Of a stretch of 64,000 nucleotides of DNA, positions 1 through 10,725 are shown one piece after another. Source of the stretch: Selaginella moellendorffii (taxonomy: Eukaryota > Plantae > Lycopodiophyta). Numbering within the stretch: the first letter of the stretch is position 1; each line of letters opens with the position of its first letter. The notes under the pieces were generated by a model. That model did not search any database. It was not told the DNA's origin and was given only the letters and a program-made list of their open reading frames with translations. The stretch spans positions 310,001-374,000 of the forward strand of contig NW_003314356.1 in assembly GCF_000143415.4 (NCBI RefSeq), in the 5' to 3' direction. The translations under genes and the position numbers were made by a program.

Positions 1-445
1 TACCTTCGGTGCACCTTCGGGTCCCAACATATGCCACTTGCTCAACTTTGCAAATTGATATTTTTAATTGAACTTTGCATAAGTACATAGAGTTCTGCCT
101 TGCAGAAATTCCTCCACTAGATCTCACACGTTCGCTAGGTTCTCCTCCGGTTCCCATGTTGCTTCGCAGTGTGGAAATCCTTTCCACTTCACATGGAACT
201 CTCTCACCTCGCGTCTTTGTCGCTTGCTCTTGCGCGCATTGAGGATGGCCTCGACTTCGTATTCCTCTTCCCCTTGGATAACCTCAGGTAAAGGTCTTAC
301 TTGGTCCTTGCAAAGCGGATCCTCAAAGTACGGCTTGAGTAAGTTCACGTGGAACACTGGGTGCATCTTCCCCATCTCTCGAGGAAGTCGGAGTCGGTAA
401 GCCACTTTACCGATTCGTGCCTCAATCTTGTAAGGCCCCGCGAAC

Positions 446-497
446 CTGCTTAAGGAACTCAAGATCAATTCATTTATAGGAATACATGCATTTTTAC
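446..497 (-). other. Spliceosomal intron 2 of integrase (copy 1), 52 nt
   Basis: GTAAAA...TTAAGCAG; removal restores KLTQ-R-FAGPY. Confidence 0.85.
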
Positions 498-915
498 CTT
501 TGGGTCAACTTTCGGCTGATCCCACTTGGTAGCCTAAGGTTCTTGGTGTTCAGCCACACCTTCTCCCCAGCTTGGAACTCTACATCTCGGCGCTTTAGGT
601 TTGCATACTTGGTTTGCCTTTGTTGAGCCCGTTCCAAGGAATCCCTCACTAGATTCCAAATGTTGAATCTTTCCGCCGTGAATGCCTCCACTGCGGGTAG
701 CTCTCCATGATACTCAGCCATGCCGAGTTCCACAGGACCTTCAATAGCTCGCCCATTGATGACTTCCCATGGACTCACCCCGATACTCGAATGTGGTGAG
801 TTGTTATAACACATTTCCGCAAGTCCCAAATGACTTACCCAATCGGTCTGGTCTCCCTAGACATAGCATTGCAAATAATCCTCCAGCTGCCTATTCACCC
901 TTTCCGTTTGTCCGT

Positions 916-962
916 CTGTCAAGAAGTGTTAGTGTCACCAAACTTGACTTAATACCCCATAC
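916..962 (-). other. Spliceosomal intron 1 of integrase (copy 1), 47 nt
   Basis: GTATGG...CACTAAC...TTGACAG; removal restores [12 protein letters not shown]. Confidence 0.85.
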
Positions 963-1000
963 CTGTCTGTGGGTGATAGGCTGTACTGAATTTCAACTTG

Positions 1001-3176
1001 AAGCTCTATTTCGTTAAAGTGGGAATTGTCATTATCCCACTTGTAAAATAAGGTTTCCAAACCTTTATATAGTATATAAATATAACAAAATTTAACTGCA
1101 TTGAGGCACATACCATTTTATTTTAAACAAGGAAATGTCTACTCAATCACTTCTCCTCCCCCTGCCACTGCTTCACCTCTCTCTTCTCCTTGTCATCGTC
1201 GTCCAATTTCTTTCCATCCTTTTAATATTGGCTCAGTTGCTCCGAGTCTAGGTGGAGCCCAAGTCCCCATTCAATCTTTACTTTCCCCTTATTAATAAAA
1301 CAACTTCGTAGACTTCCAATAACATGCTGTAACACTTCTAGTATAATGCAAATCCTCTCAAAGAATTGTCTTTTAATATTAATACAATGGCATGGAACCC
1401 CATGCCATAATAAGTTACATTTTTAAATAAATACATGCCATCTCAGACTGTTAAGTTACATTTTTAAATAAATACATGCCATCTCAGACTGTTATTTTTT
1501 TCCTCCAACGCTTATACAATAATCTTGGAATTTCATCACTCTCCACACTATCAGGATTTAAACCCAATAGTAATGCCATCTCTTCTCTAATACGTCCACG
1601 CTCATGTTCAGTGGTCAAAGAACCCATCCGGTTGAGCAGATTATGGAGATGCGGATAGTGCTTGGCTAGACAATATACATGCCATAAATGATGACTGGTG
1701 TCTGTCCGATCAAATGGCTTCTGATATACCGTTCCATCTGCCATTTGGTTGATTTCTGCAGCCACCTCCTGGACTGGCCGGTTCTCTATCACCATCGCTC
1801 CAAGCCATTTTGCAAGGTCCCCCAGAACATACGGTTTCTTCTCCCTAGTTTCCATATTGCAAGAGATGGGGTGCACTGCATATGTGTGCGTGTTCGCTGC
1901 AGTTTTAATCGGCGAGTCATCGATGATGAGGATTTCACTTGACCTAGCAGTCCGGTTCATCACTACAGCCTCTGGCTTGACGAAGATGGGCTTGCTACCC
2001 CTCACATGGACCATAGTCAAGCAATCCTCCTGTGTTAGGAGAAAGTCAAATGGTAATATTACTCGCGTCTGATCGTGCATCATCTGTAGCAACGTTAATG
2101 CATTGTGGCGCATCATGGATGTCCAAACTCCCAATTGCAAATTGAACCCGGCCCTCTGTTTTAAGTGTTGCATGGTCATTATTAGATCCCGCAGTTTCTC
2201 CCGTGTGATTAATGTGAATCTATCTCTTTTGACCAACTTGCGACTGCAGGCTTTGGAGGGTGCAGTGACATTCGAGGACGAGCCACGCTCATGGGAGAAA
2301 AGGACACCGTTCAGATCAAAAACGATACAGTACCTTCGCCGTGACTCTGAAATGAAATGCGTCAGCATAAAAAATGGTACAAGTCAATTTTACCATCTAC
2401 AATATTAGCAAATGGTGCTCCCGATGGTCGTTGAGAGGGTTTTGGTCGAGGAAACGTGAAGGGCGGAAATACTCTCCTCTGCAATGTGGGGTCAATCGCA
2501 TCCGATGGCGTGTGGGCACATGCCATTTCAGCTGTAGACTTTGGTACAACTGGCTCAACAGTGGCATGGGGTGGTTCCGATGGCGTGTGATCACACGCCA
2601 TTTCAGCTGGTGCCTCCGTTGGCAAAGTGGACATGACCGAACAGGCAGCAGGGGCGGTGTAGGGAGGTTTCAACGGCGCGTAGTCAGACGATTGGGCACA
2701 CGTTGAGTCCGTTGGAAATGAGGATACGACTGGCTTGGCGGCTGGGGCGGCCTCATGCGGGTCCAATGGCGCCTGGTCACCGTCAGTTGGATATGTGGAC
2801 AAGATTGACTCAGTGGTATGGGGAGCATCAAGTGGAGCGTGGTCAGCTTGCTTGGCGTTGATATGGATAGTAGCCTCCACCAGCTCTGATGACTCTTGCA
2901 GGCAAGTAGAGTCCACTGGCGGACCCATATGCATGTCCAAATATCTCCCTTCGATTGAGATGGTATCCTCCCTACTGGCTACTAAAAACAAACTCATTAG
3001 CACATTGAATCGACTATACTGTATTTACCATCAACTGCTATTGAGGAACTAGGACCGATATCACTTGGGCGCACTGCTGATTCTGAAGGATTGGACATAC
3101 GTTTCGACCCTTGCTTGGCACTATCCTTCCTCGACACTAAAGGCTAGAGTTTGTATCGTAATTCAACTGAATAATC
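1001..3176. mobile_element. Truncated copy of the Sola-like TIR transposon (left end only)
   Basis: Begins with AAGCTCTATTTCGTTAAAGTGGGA, the exact reverse complement of 60056-60079. Colinear and near-identical with 48806-50931; truncated at about 3176. Confidence 0.92.
1484..3136 (-). CDS. 3' exons (3136-3029, 2981-2394, 2346-1484) of the transposon accessory gene: low-complexity linker plus FCP1/SCP-like HAD domain
   Basis: 47-nt GT-AG introns at 2982-3028 and 2347-2393 join the ORFs in phase 1. HAD motif I IVFDLNGVL, VWTS and IIDDSPIK present. Frame is open in this copy. Confidence 0.8.
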
Positions 3177-3479
3177 CTAGGGATTTTGTGTCTCACAACT
3201 CCACCACCCATAGACGAAGTTCGATGTCCTCATTGAACGGTAAACCCTCCTATAAAGTAACACCCAAATGTATTACTAGTTCCATCCTTGGCACCCAGCC
3301 AATATTTGTCTATGGTATGACACCAAAGACGCACCATGCCTCGTCCATCCTCTAAGGAGCATAGTCTCTCCAATATAGAGGCTCATTTGACCACCTGGGG
3401 TGGTTTGCTCCCTTTTATTGGTTCAGTTTTTGCTAAACCCGTTAGAGACTCCCTCTCTAACTCAATTCCACTACTCATT

Positions 3480-5547
3480 TGTAAGGAACCAACTCGCCGA
3501 GGTGTCGTAGGCTAAAGGAACCCCGAAAGCAATACCAAAATGACAAAGAGTTCATCGGATGAGACCAAGTCGAAGATCGAGTCCAAGACCGACTCTAGGA
3601 CCGAGTTCGAGATCGAGTCCGGAATCGATGCAACGTGTATGTACATTTCTCCAAGTCCTTTAGGGATCAAAACAACATTGAGAGCGCACTCTCAAAGAAA
3701 CTAGTGAAACTATGAGCGCGAACGCCCGGCGCTGCTCTTGGGCTGTCCACCTCCCAGGTGACTCCACCGCGGAGCTTGAAGCCACCTGCTTCGCCTCGCC
3801 ACTCCTCCACTCGGTCACAATGATGTCAAGCCGGATGAACACCATGTCGATCTAGCTCAACGTCGTCGCAGCCAAGCAGTCCAACTCGAGCACGATGACC
3901 CGGCGTCGCTCATGGGTCACTCGCCTCCAAGGTGATTCCACTGCACAAGCTGAAGCCACCTGTTACGCCCCAAGACGTGATGCTGTGTCTTGGAGCGCCT
4001 ACCTCCCCAGTGTACTTCCAGCACTAAGTCGGTGCCCATTGCGAACAAACTCCAAGGCGTAGAACAAGCAAGGTGTGAGCCTCCTCCAGCTCTAGACTAG
4101 AGCGTGCTACCTTGCCTCCCACACTAGACAAGTGCGCTGGCCCCCTTCAATGATATACGAGCCCCCGTTGCCGGCATCGCGACAATCACAAGACTTGCAA
4201 GCCTCCGCAAACCTCCTCAAAGGACTAGCCCTGAAGCAAGAACCATGTGGGATCCCCTCCGCGAGCAAACCAACTCGGCCATCCGCCACTGGCCCCCTTT
4301 GTGACAGCACTTCCCTGTCACTAGATCCAAAAATGCGCCCATAGTGTCTTCCACGTCCATCCACCGCGGACACTTTGCTATGTCGGGATGTCGTCCCGAA
4401 CTGTCCTCCACCAGTCAACAAAGTTCCCATGACTTGGTCGTGTTTCCACGACTCAAGTCACCAAGAACCTCCGACACATGCAGCTTCACGCTCCCCGTAC
4501 CTCAGTCACCACCTTGCATGGCCCGACCTAAACGAGTCCGGAATCGAGTCCGAGACCGACTCGGGGACCGAGTTCGAGTCCGAGTTCGAGACCGAGTTCG
4601 AGACGGAGTCCGAGATCCGAAATCGGGTCCGAGACCGAGTCCGAGGTCGAGTCCGAAGTCGGGTCCGAGATCGGGTCCGAGATCGAGTCCGAGATCGAGT
4701 CCGAAACCGAATCCGAAGTCGGATCCGAAATCGGGTCCGAGATCGAGCCAGAGACTAAGTCCAAATACTAATACGGGTCAAGGGGTGAAAGCCCAAAGTG
4801 TACGTCTCCCAGGGGGGGGGGGGCTGCAGGGGGTTCCAAAAGTATAGTAGGGATAGTGAGGTCCAGGAACCAGTTTTGAAGGGACTCTCCAGTTGGGCTT
4901 CCAAACCGACTTGAGGTTGAGACTGGGACCGAGGGGCCTTGGGTGGGAGTGAGCATGGACTTGGCTGGTGCCGGAGGGGCCATCCAAGGAAGTGCTCAAG
5001 AGCAGCTCCCACTCCCGAAAGGGAAACCGATTGCGGTGCTCCCAGCTCATGTGGAGTGGTGCCCCACTTGAGTACCATGCGGCTCATTGGTCCTCGCCCT
5101 CCCTAGGGGCTTGGGCCTTCCTTCGGGATGGAAGTGGGGGACGAGAGGTACCCATACCGGGCCGCTAGGCCACGGTGTTTCGCCCCGGCATCCCGAAGCA
5201 AGTGTTGCACTCAAGACTTGGGATTTAGAGGGTCCCATGATCAAGTCTTGTGGTATCAAGGGATGTTAGGAACCTGGAAGCTTGGTGTGCTTGGCTGCTT
5301 GTGCTTGCGGGGAGTGTAGCCAAACCTTAAGTCCAGTCTAACCCGGGGAGGGGGATTGGGAGTGATTTGGGAATCCGAGGAAGGATGGCTAACACTCCGT
5401 TGCTCGTGCATTGAGTAACTGAAACCAAGTAAGAGCTGGTACCATAGGCGAGAACCTTGGCCAGGGAACTTAGCAAAAGCCAAGGCAGTGTTGGACGGAT
5501 AGACGAGGTAAGCTGGCAAATTGGAAAGGAAAAATTTGTGGCTTACA
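3480..5547 (+). repeat. 5' LTR of family A (contains a 904-bp insertion at 3629-4532)
   Basis: TGTAAGGAACC...GTGGCTTACA, matching 12585-13746 once the insertion is removed. Confidence 0.95.
3629..4532 (-). mobile_element. Unclassified retroposed insertion (non-LTR-like, variably truncated), copy 1
   Basis: Absent from the 3' LTR. Flanked by a 15-bp direct repeat CGAGTCCGGAATCGA (3614-3628 and 4533-4547). Same left end (TGCAACGTGTATG) as 18678. Strand is inferred. Confidence 0.75.
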
Positions 5548-5550
5548 ATT

Positions 5551-5562
5551 TGGTATCGGAGC
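5551..5562 (+). promoter_or_regulatory. Primer-binding site (tRNA-iMet type)
   Basis: TGGTATCGGAGC, 3 nt after the LTR end; one mismatch to TGGTATCAGAGC. Confidence 0.9.
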
Positions 5563-5606
5563 CTTTATCTCAGTTCTAGCGAAGGATAGAGGCGGATTGC
5601 TGGGAG

Positions 5607-8600
5607 ATGGCAAGGGCAGGGCGTAAGCGAACCCAGGCGAAGACGGAACCTCCGCCGGAGCTGGAGCCTCCGGTCGAACAAGAGGCTATGGATGAGGAAT
5701 CCTTGCATGAGGAGGACTCTAGTGAGGAAACTTCAAAACAGGAGTCCGGTGGCGAGGTTCGGTCGTCCAAGGCTCGATTGGACGTGCTAGAAGGACAATT
5801 GGCACAGACCAATGCCCTGCTGGAAACTCTCGTACGCAAGCTAAAGCGTGACGAGAGGCGGAAGAAAAAGAAAAAGACTGCGGATGTTGGCAGCGCAGAA
5901 GGTGCGGATCTTTCGGCCGGGACTGAGGCAAAACCAGACAAGGTCGAACAGACCGAAGTAGAATCAGTCCCTCAGGCAGTTCCCAAGTACAAACCGAAGC
6001 CCCCACCGGTCTTCAAGGGAGTGAACGACTATAAGGTGGTGGAGGATTGGTTTTACGATATGGAGGACTACTTCCGAGCGTTGCGGTTACCGAGCTCGGA
6101 GAAGGTCCCATGTGCAAAACCATACTTGGCAGATAATGCCAAGTCTTGGTGGAGAACGACGGAGGCCAACGAAGGACCAGTGGCCACTTGGGACATGATG
6201 AAGGCGAGGATCCGCGCAACATACGTTCCTCCGAATGCCACTCTGCATCTGAGAGATGAGCTGAGTAGGCTGAAGCAGACTGGAACCATCCAGGAATATG
6301 TGAATGGGTTCATGGCAAAGAGGATACTTGTCACGGACATGGGGGATATGGATGCGTTCCATGCCTTCATATCCGGTTTGCAAACCTGGGCTCGCGGTGA
6401 GGTGATGCGGTGGAACCCGACCAACTACAAGGAAGCGTTGGATGCGGCCATCAAGGTGCATTTCAACGATAACCTGCGAAAGGGGAACACGACGGGGTCG
6501 GGATCCACATTTAGCAAAGGGGCCAAACCAAGGGGAACGTATAGCAAGGGGAAATTCAAAAAGAGTTTCTCTAAGAATGAGTCCTTGGGGTTCCGGAAAA
6601 GCAAATCTGGTGGCCAGCGAGCGAGTACGTGGGGGAGTCAAGCGAAAAAAGACAAACCCACGGATAAGAAGGTCAAGTCGTATAGCAGCGTGGGAAACAA
6701 CGTATGCTACAACTGCGGTGAAGCGGGACACTTCTCGAAGGAATGTCCCTACCCGAAGAAGGCCAGAGCCAATATGGCCATCAAGTCGGGTGAAGTCCAA
6801 ACTGAGGTATGTGATCCAGTCCCTAACTCAAAGTTATTCATTACACGAGCAACTTTGGTAGAGAGTCGTTCGCGACATCTACTAGCCCTCCGAGGGAAGC
6901 TCGGAGGTAGCTTTGTTAAGATCCTTATTGACACGGGTGCTTCGGATAATTTTGTGGCTGCAGACATAGTCCAGCAAGCCGGACTAACGGTGCAGCGGCT
7001 AGGCGAACCAAGGACTATAGAGTTTGTTCAAGGTAGCCAAAGCACCGATGAGATACTTCGACAAGCGAGAGTCAAAGTGGGGACATGGAAAGTGGACATG
7101 GATTTCACTGTCTTGGACATGGCGGGATTTGACGTGATCTTCGGAATGGATTGGTTTAATCGGTTCGTGGTAGCCCTGCATGGACAAGGTAGGAACCTTG
7201 TGGTATTGGCGAATGCCCAAGGAAGAAGATCTAGGGTGGAGGCCCAGGATCTAAAGGTAGGGCAAAGCAAGGCCAAAGAGTCATGCTTAAACCTGGTGTC
7301 CACGAGAGGACAACTCACTAAAGGAACTAAGGCAGCCTTTTTGTGCTTACTCTCGGTGAAGAGTGACAAAAAGACAACGGAAGAAGTACCTTTAGTGATC
7401 CAGCAGGTGCTGGACCAATTCCAAGATACGATGCCGGAGGAGCTACCGGCGGGGTTGCCCCCCGCACGACCGATAGAACATAAGATTGAGCTGGTCGAGG
7501 GTGCTGAGGCGGTGGTTCGTCCACCCTATCGATTGAACGAAAAAGAACTCAAGGAGCTCAAGAGCCAACTAGAGGAGTTGGTGGACAAAGGGTATGTTAG
7601 GTTGAGCAAGTCGCCGTATGGGGCGCCGGTGCTATTTGTGAAAAAGAAAGATGGATCTATGCGCATGTGCATAGACTACCGGTTGCTCAACAAGTATACC
7701 AAGAAGAACAAGTACCCTTTGCCAAGGATCGAGGACCTGTTCGATAGGTTGGGAAAGGCAAAATACTTCTCGAGGATTGACCTAAGGTCAGGATACTACC
7801 AGATCAGGGTAGCTGAGGAAGATGTCGAGAAGACAACCTGTCGAACGAGGTATGGGAGCTTTGATTTTCTGCTGATGCCCTTTGGGCTGTGCAATGCGCC
7901 GGCAACGTTTTCGGCGTTGATGAACCACATCTTTGTACCCTGTCTGGATCGCTTCGTGGTCGTCTATATTGACGACATCCTGATCTATAGCGAGACGCTA
8001 GAGGAGCATGCCGAACACTTGGCGAAGGTGTTTGAGAAACTAAGGGAACACAAACTGTATGCTAAAGAGAGCAAATGTGACTTTGCTCAACAAGAGGTAA
8101 AGTTTCTCGGGCATGTGGTGGGCCAGGACGGGCTCAAGGTGGACCCGGAGAAGGTCCAAGCGATCCAGGAATGGGAACGACCATCGAATGTACATGAGTT
8201 GAGGGCGTTCCTGGGGCTATGCAACTACTATCGAAATTTTATCAGACACTATTCGAGAGTAGCTCTGCCCTTAACGGACCAAACAGGAAAAGGGAAGATG
8301 GTATGGACAGCGGAATGCGAGGCGGCATTCGTCCACCTCAAGGGGAAGTTGAGGAAGGCTCCGGTGTTGGCATTACCAGACTTTGGTAAGGACTTTGAGG
8401 TAGACACGGATGCTTCGGACTTTGCGTTGGGCGCAGTTTTGAAGCAAGACAACCATCCAGTAGCGTTCTTCTCGAAGAAGCTGGACAAGGCTCAACGGAA
8501 GTGGCCTGCCCACGAGAAGGAATTGTTTGCGGTGGTCAAGGCGCTCAAGGAGTGGCGACACTACCTTAAGAGACACTTCAAGGTTTACACGGACAATGTG

Positions 8601-10376
8601 GCAACGAAACACTTCTTGTCACAGCCCGACCTAAGGGGAAAACAAGGTCGGTGGGCCAATGCTTTGGCTGAGTTTGATTGCGAGATCCTGTACAAGCCTG
8701 GGAAGAGCAACGTCGTGGCAGATGCGCTAAGTCGAAAAGCGAGCTTGAAGTTGGCGATATCTAGCGCGACAGCAACCTTTTGGGATGATGTGCGGACTGC
8801 ATACAAGAGTGATGGTCTAGCACAAGAAGTGTTGCTGAGGAATCTGGAGGCACGGGAAGCTCACCAGAGAGGTGAGCTGCCAACGGAAGAGAAAACGGGC
8901 TATGCGGAACACAACGGACTCATATATTACAAGCAAACGAGGGTGTATGTTCCAGAAGGGGAACTAAGGAAGGTAGCCTTGGAAGAGTGTCATGACGGAC
9001 CTCTCACGGGACACGGCGGAGTGCCCAAGACGATGGGCTTACTCAAAAGGAAGTATCACTGGCCAGATATGGCTAAGGACGTCCAAGACTATGTAAAGAC
9101 ATGTCCAACATGTCAGCAGGTCAAAGCCGTGACGAAGGCTAGTGGGGGCTTGTTGCAAAGCATCCCCATTCCAGATCGTCCGTGGAAATGTCTCACGATG
9201 GACTTCATCACGGGACTACCCCCAAGCGAGGGGTTCGATGCGATATTCATGGTGGTGGACCGATTTTCAAAGATGGCACATTTCATACCCACCACAACGG
9301 ATGTGGATGCGGAAGGTGTGGCGAAGCTGTTCTTCGAACAAGTGGTTCGAGTGCGGGGAAGGCCGGAAGAGATTATCTCAGATCGAGATAAGATCTTCAC
9401 CAGTAGGTTCTGGAGGACACTCCTAGAACAGTATCGCACCAAGTTGAAATTCAGCACGGCCTATCACCCACAGACAGGTAATGGGTATTGAGTCAAGATT
9501 GATGGCACTAACACTTCTTGACAGACGGACAAACGGAAAGGGTGAATAGGCAGCTGGAGGATTATTTGCGATGCTATGTCTCGGGAGACCAGACCGACTG
9601 GGTAAGTCATTTGGGACTTGCGGAAATGTGTTATAACAACTCACCACATTCAAGCATCGGGGTGAGTCCATGGGAAGTCATCAATGGGCGAGCTATTGAA
9701 GGTCCTGTGGAACTCGGCGTGGCCGAGTATCATGGAGAGTTACCCGCAGTGGAGGCATTCACGGCGGAAAGACTCAACATTTGGAATCTAGTGAGGGATT
9801 CCTTGGAACGGGCTCAACAAAGGCAAACTAAGTACGCGAACCAAAAGCGTCGGGATGTGGAGTTCCAAGCTGGGGAGAAGGTGTGGCTGAACACCAAGAA
9901 CCTCAGGCTACCAAGTGGGATCAGCCGGAAGTTGACCCAAAGGTAAAAATGCATGTATTCCTGTAAATGAATTGATCTTGAGTTCCTTAAGCAGGTTCGC
10001 GGGGCCTTACGAGATTGAGGCTTGAATCGGTAAAGTGGCTTACCGTCTCTGACTTCCTCGAGAGATGGGGAAGATGCATCCCGTGTTCCACGTGAACTTA
10101 CTCAAGCCGTATTTTGAGGATCCGCTTCGCAAGGACCAAGTAAGACCTTTACCTGAGGTTATCCAAGGGGAGGAGGAATACGAAGTCGAGGCCGTCCTCA
10201 ATGCGCGCAAGAGCAAGCGACAAGGACGCGAGGTGAGAGAGTTCCATGTGAAGTGGAAAGGATTTCCACACTGCGAAGCAACATGGGAACCGGAGGAGAA
10301 CCTAACGAACGCGCGAGATCTAGTGGAGGAATTTCTGCATGGCAGAACTCTATGTACTTATGCAAAGTTTAATTAA
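5607..10376 (+). CDS. Gag-Pol polyprotein (Gag, CCHC, protease, RT, RNase H, integrase, chromodomain); exons 5607-9477, 9525-9942, 9995-10376; last exon has two CGA>TGA stops
   Basis: [14 protein letters not shown]; LIDTGAS; YIDD; DTDASD; HHCC; MDF...SDRD...TERVN; GPY; [10 protein letters not shown]. Stops at 10023-10025 and 10050-10052 are Arg codons in copy 1. Confidence 0.93.
9478..9524 (+). other. Spliceosomal intron 1 in integrase core, 47 nt
   Basis: AG|GTAATG...CACTAAC...CTTCTTGACAG|AC; removal gives [13 protein letters not shown]. Confidence 0.88.
9943..9994 (+). other. Spliceosomal intron 2 before the integrase GPY/F motif, 52 nt
   Basis: AAG|GTAAAA...TTCCTTAAGCAG|G; removal gives RKLTQRFAGPY. 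Confidence 0.88.
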
Positions 10377-10725
10377 AAGTATCAATTTGAGAAGTTGAGC
10401 AATGGCATATGTTGGGACCCGAAGGCGCGCCGAAGGTAAGCTAATTAGCATGGGTTAGCTAGGTCGACCAGGCGTAGGGAGCTACGTCCGACTCCCTGCG
10501 GGGATGTCGAATCCGTAGACGTATTCTACGGAGGTTGGGTTCGAGTCCCAACCCCCTAGTAAAGCAAGGCTGGGTTCAAGTCCCGACCCTATACTAGGGC
10601 GTGGTGAGGTGAGGAGTATAGGGACACCTATATTCCGTTGTCATGGGCTCTTGGCCGGGGAGGTTAACTTAGGCACACCGCTAAGTGGGGGGATGCCCCC
10701 AGAGACATGGTCAACAAGTCGTAGG

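Larger units (their letters stand above)
1..1000 (-). mobile_element. Truncated second copy of the chromoviral Ty3/gypsy family A (3' part of integrase plus chromodomain)
   Basis: Reverse complement is near-identical to ~9440-10440 ([32 protein letters not shown] chromodomain). Cut at 1000 by the TIR of a DNA transposon and runs off the window edge. Confidence 0.93.

Noticed and set aside
1410-1491. 41-bp tandem duplication in transposon copy 1
   Set aside because: Absent from copy 2; most likely a local slippage event.
9478-9524. Programmed frameshift or random indels explaining the integrase breaks
   Set aside because: Extra sequence with stops is present, bounded by GT/AG, restores conserved motifs exactly on removal, and is shared by two copies.
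10533-10588. tRNA gene
   Set aside because: Only T-arm-like hairpins; no acceptor stem, D-arm or anticodon arm is visible.
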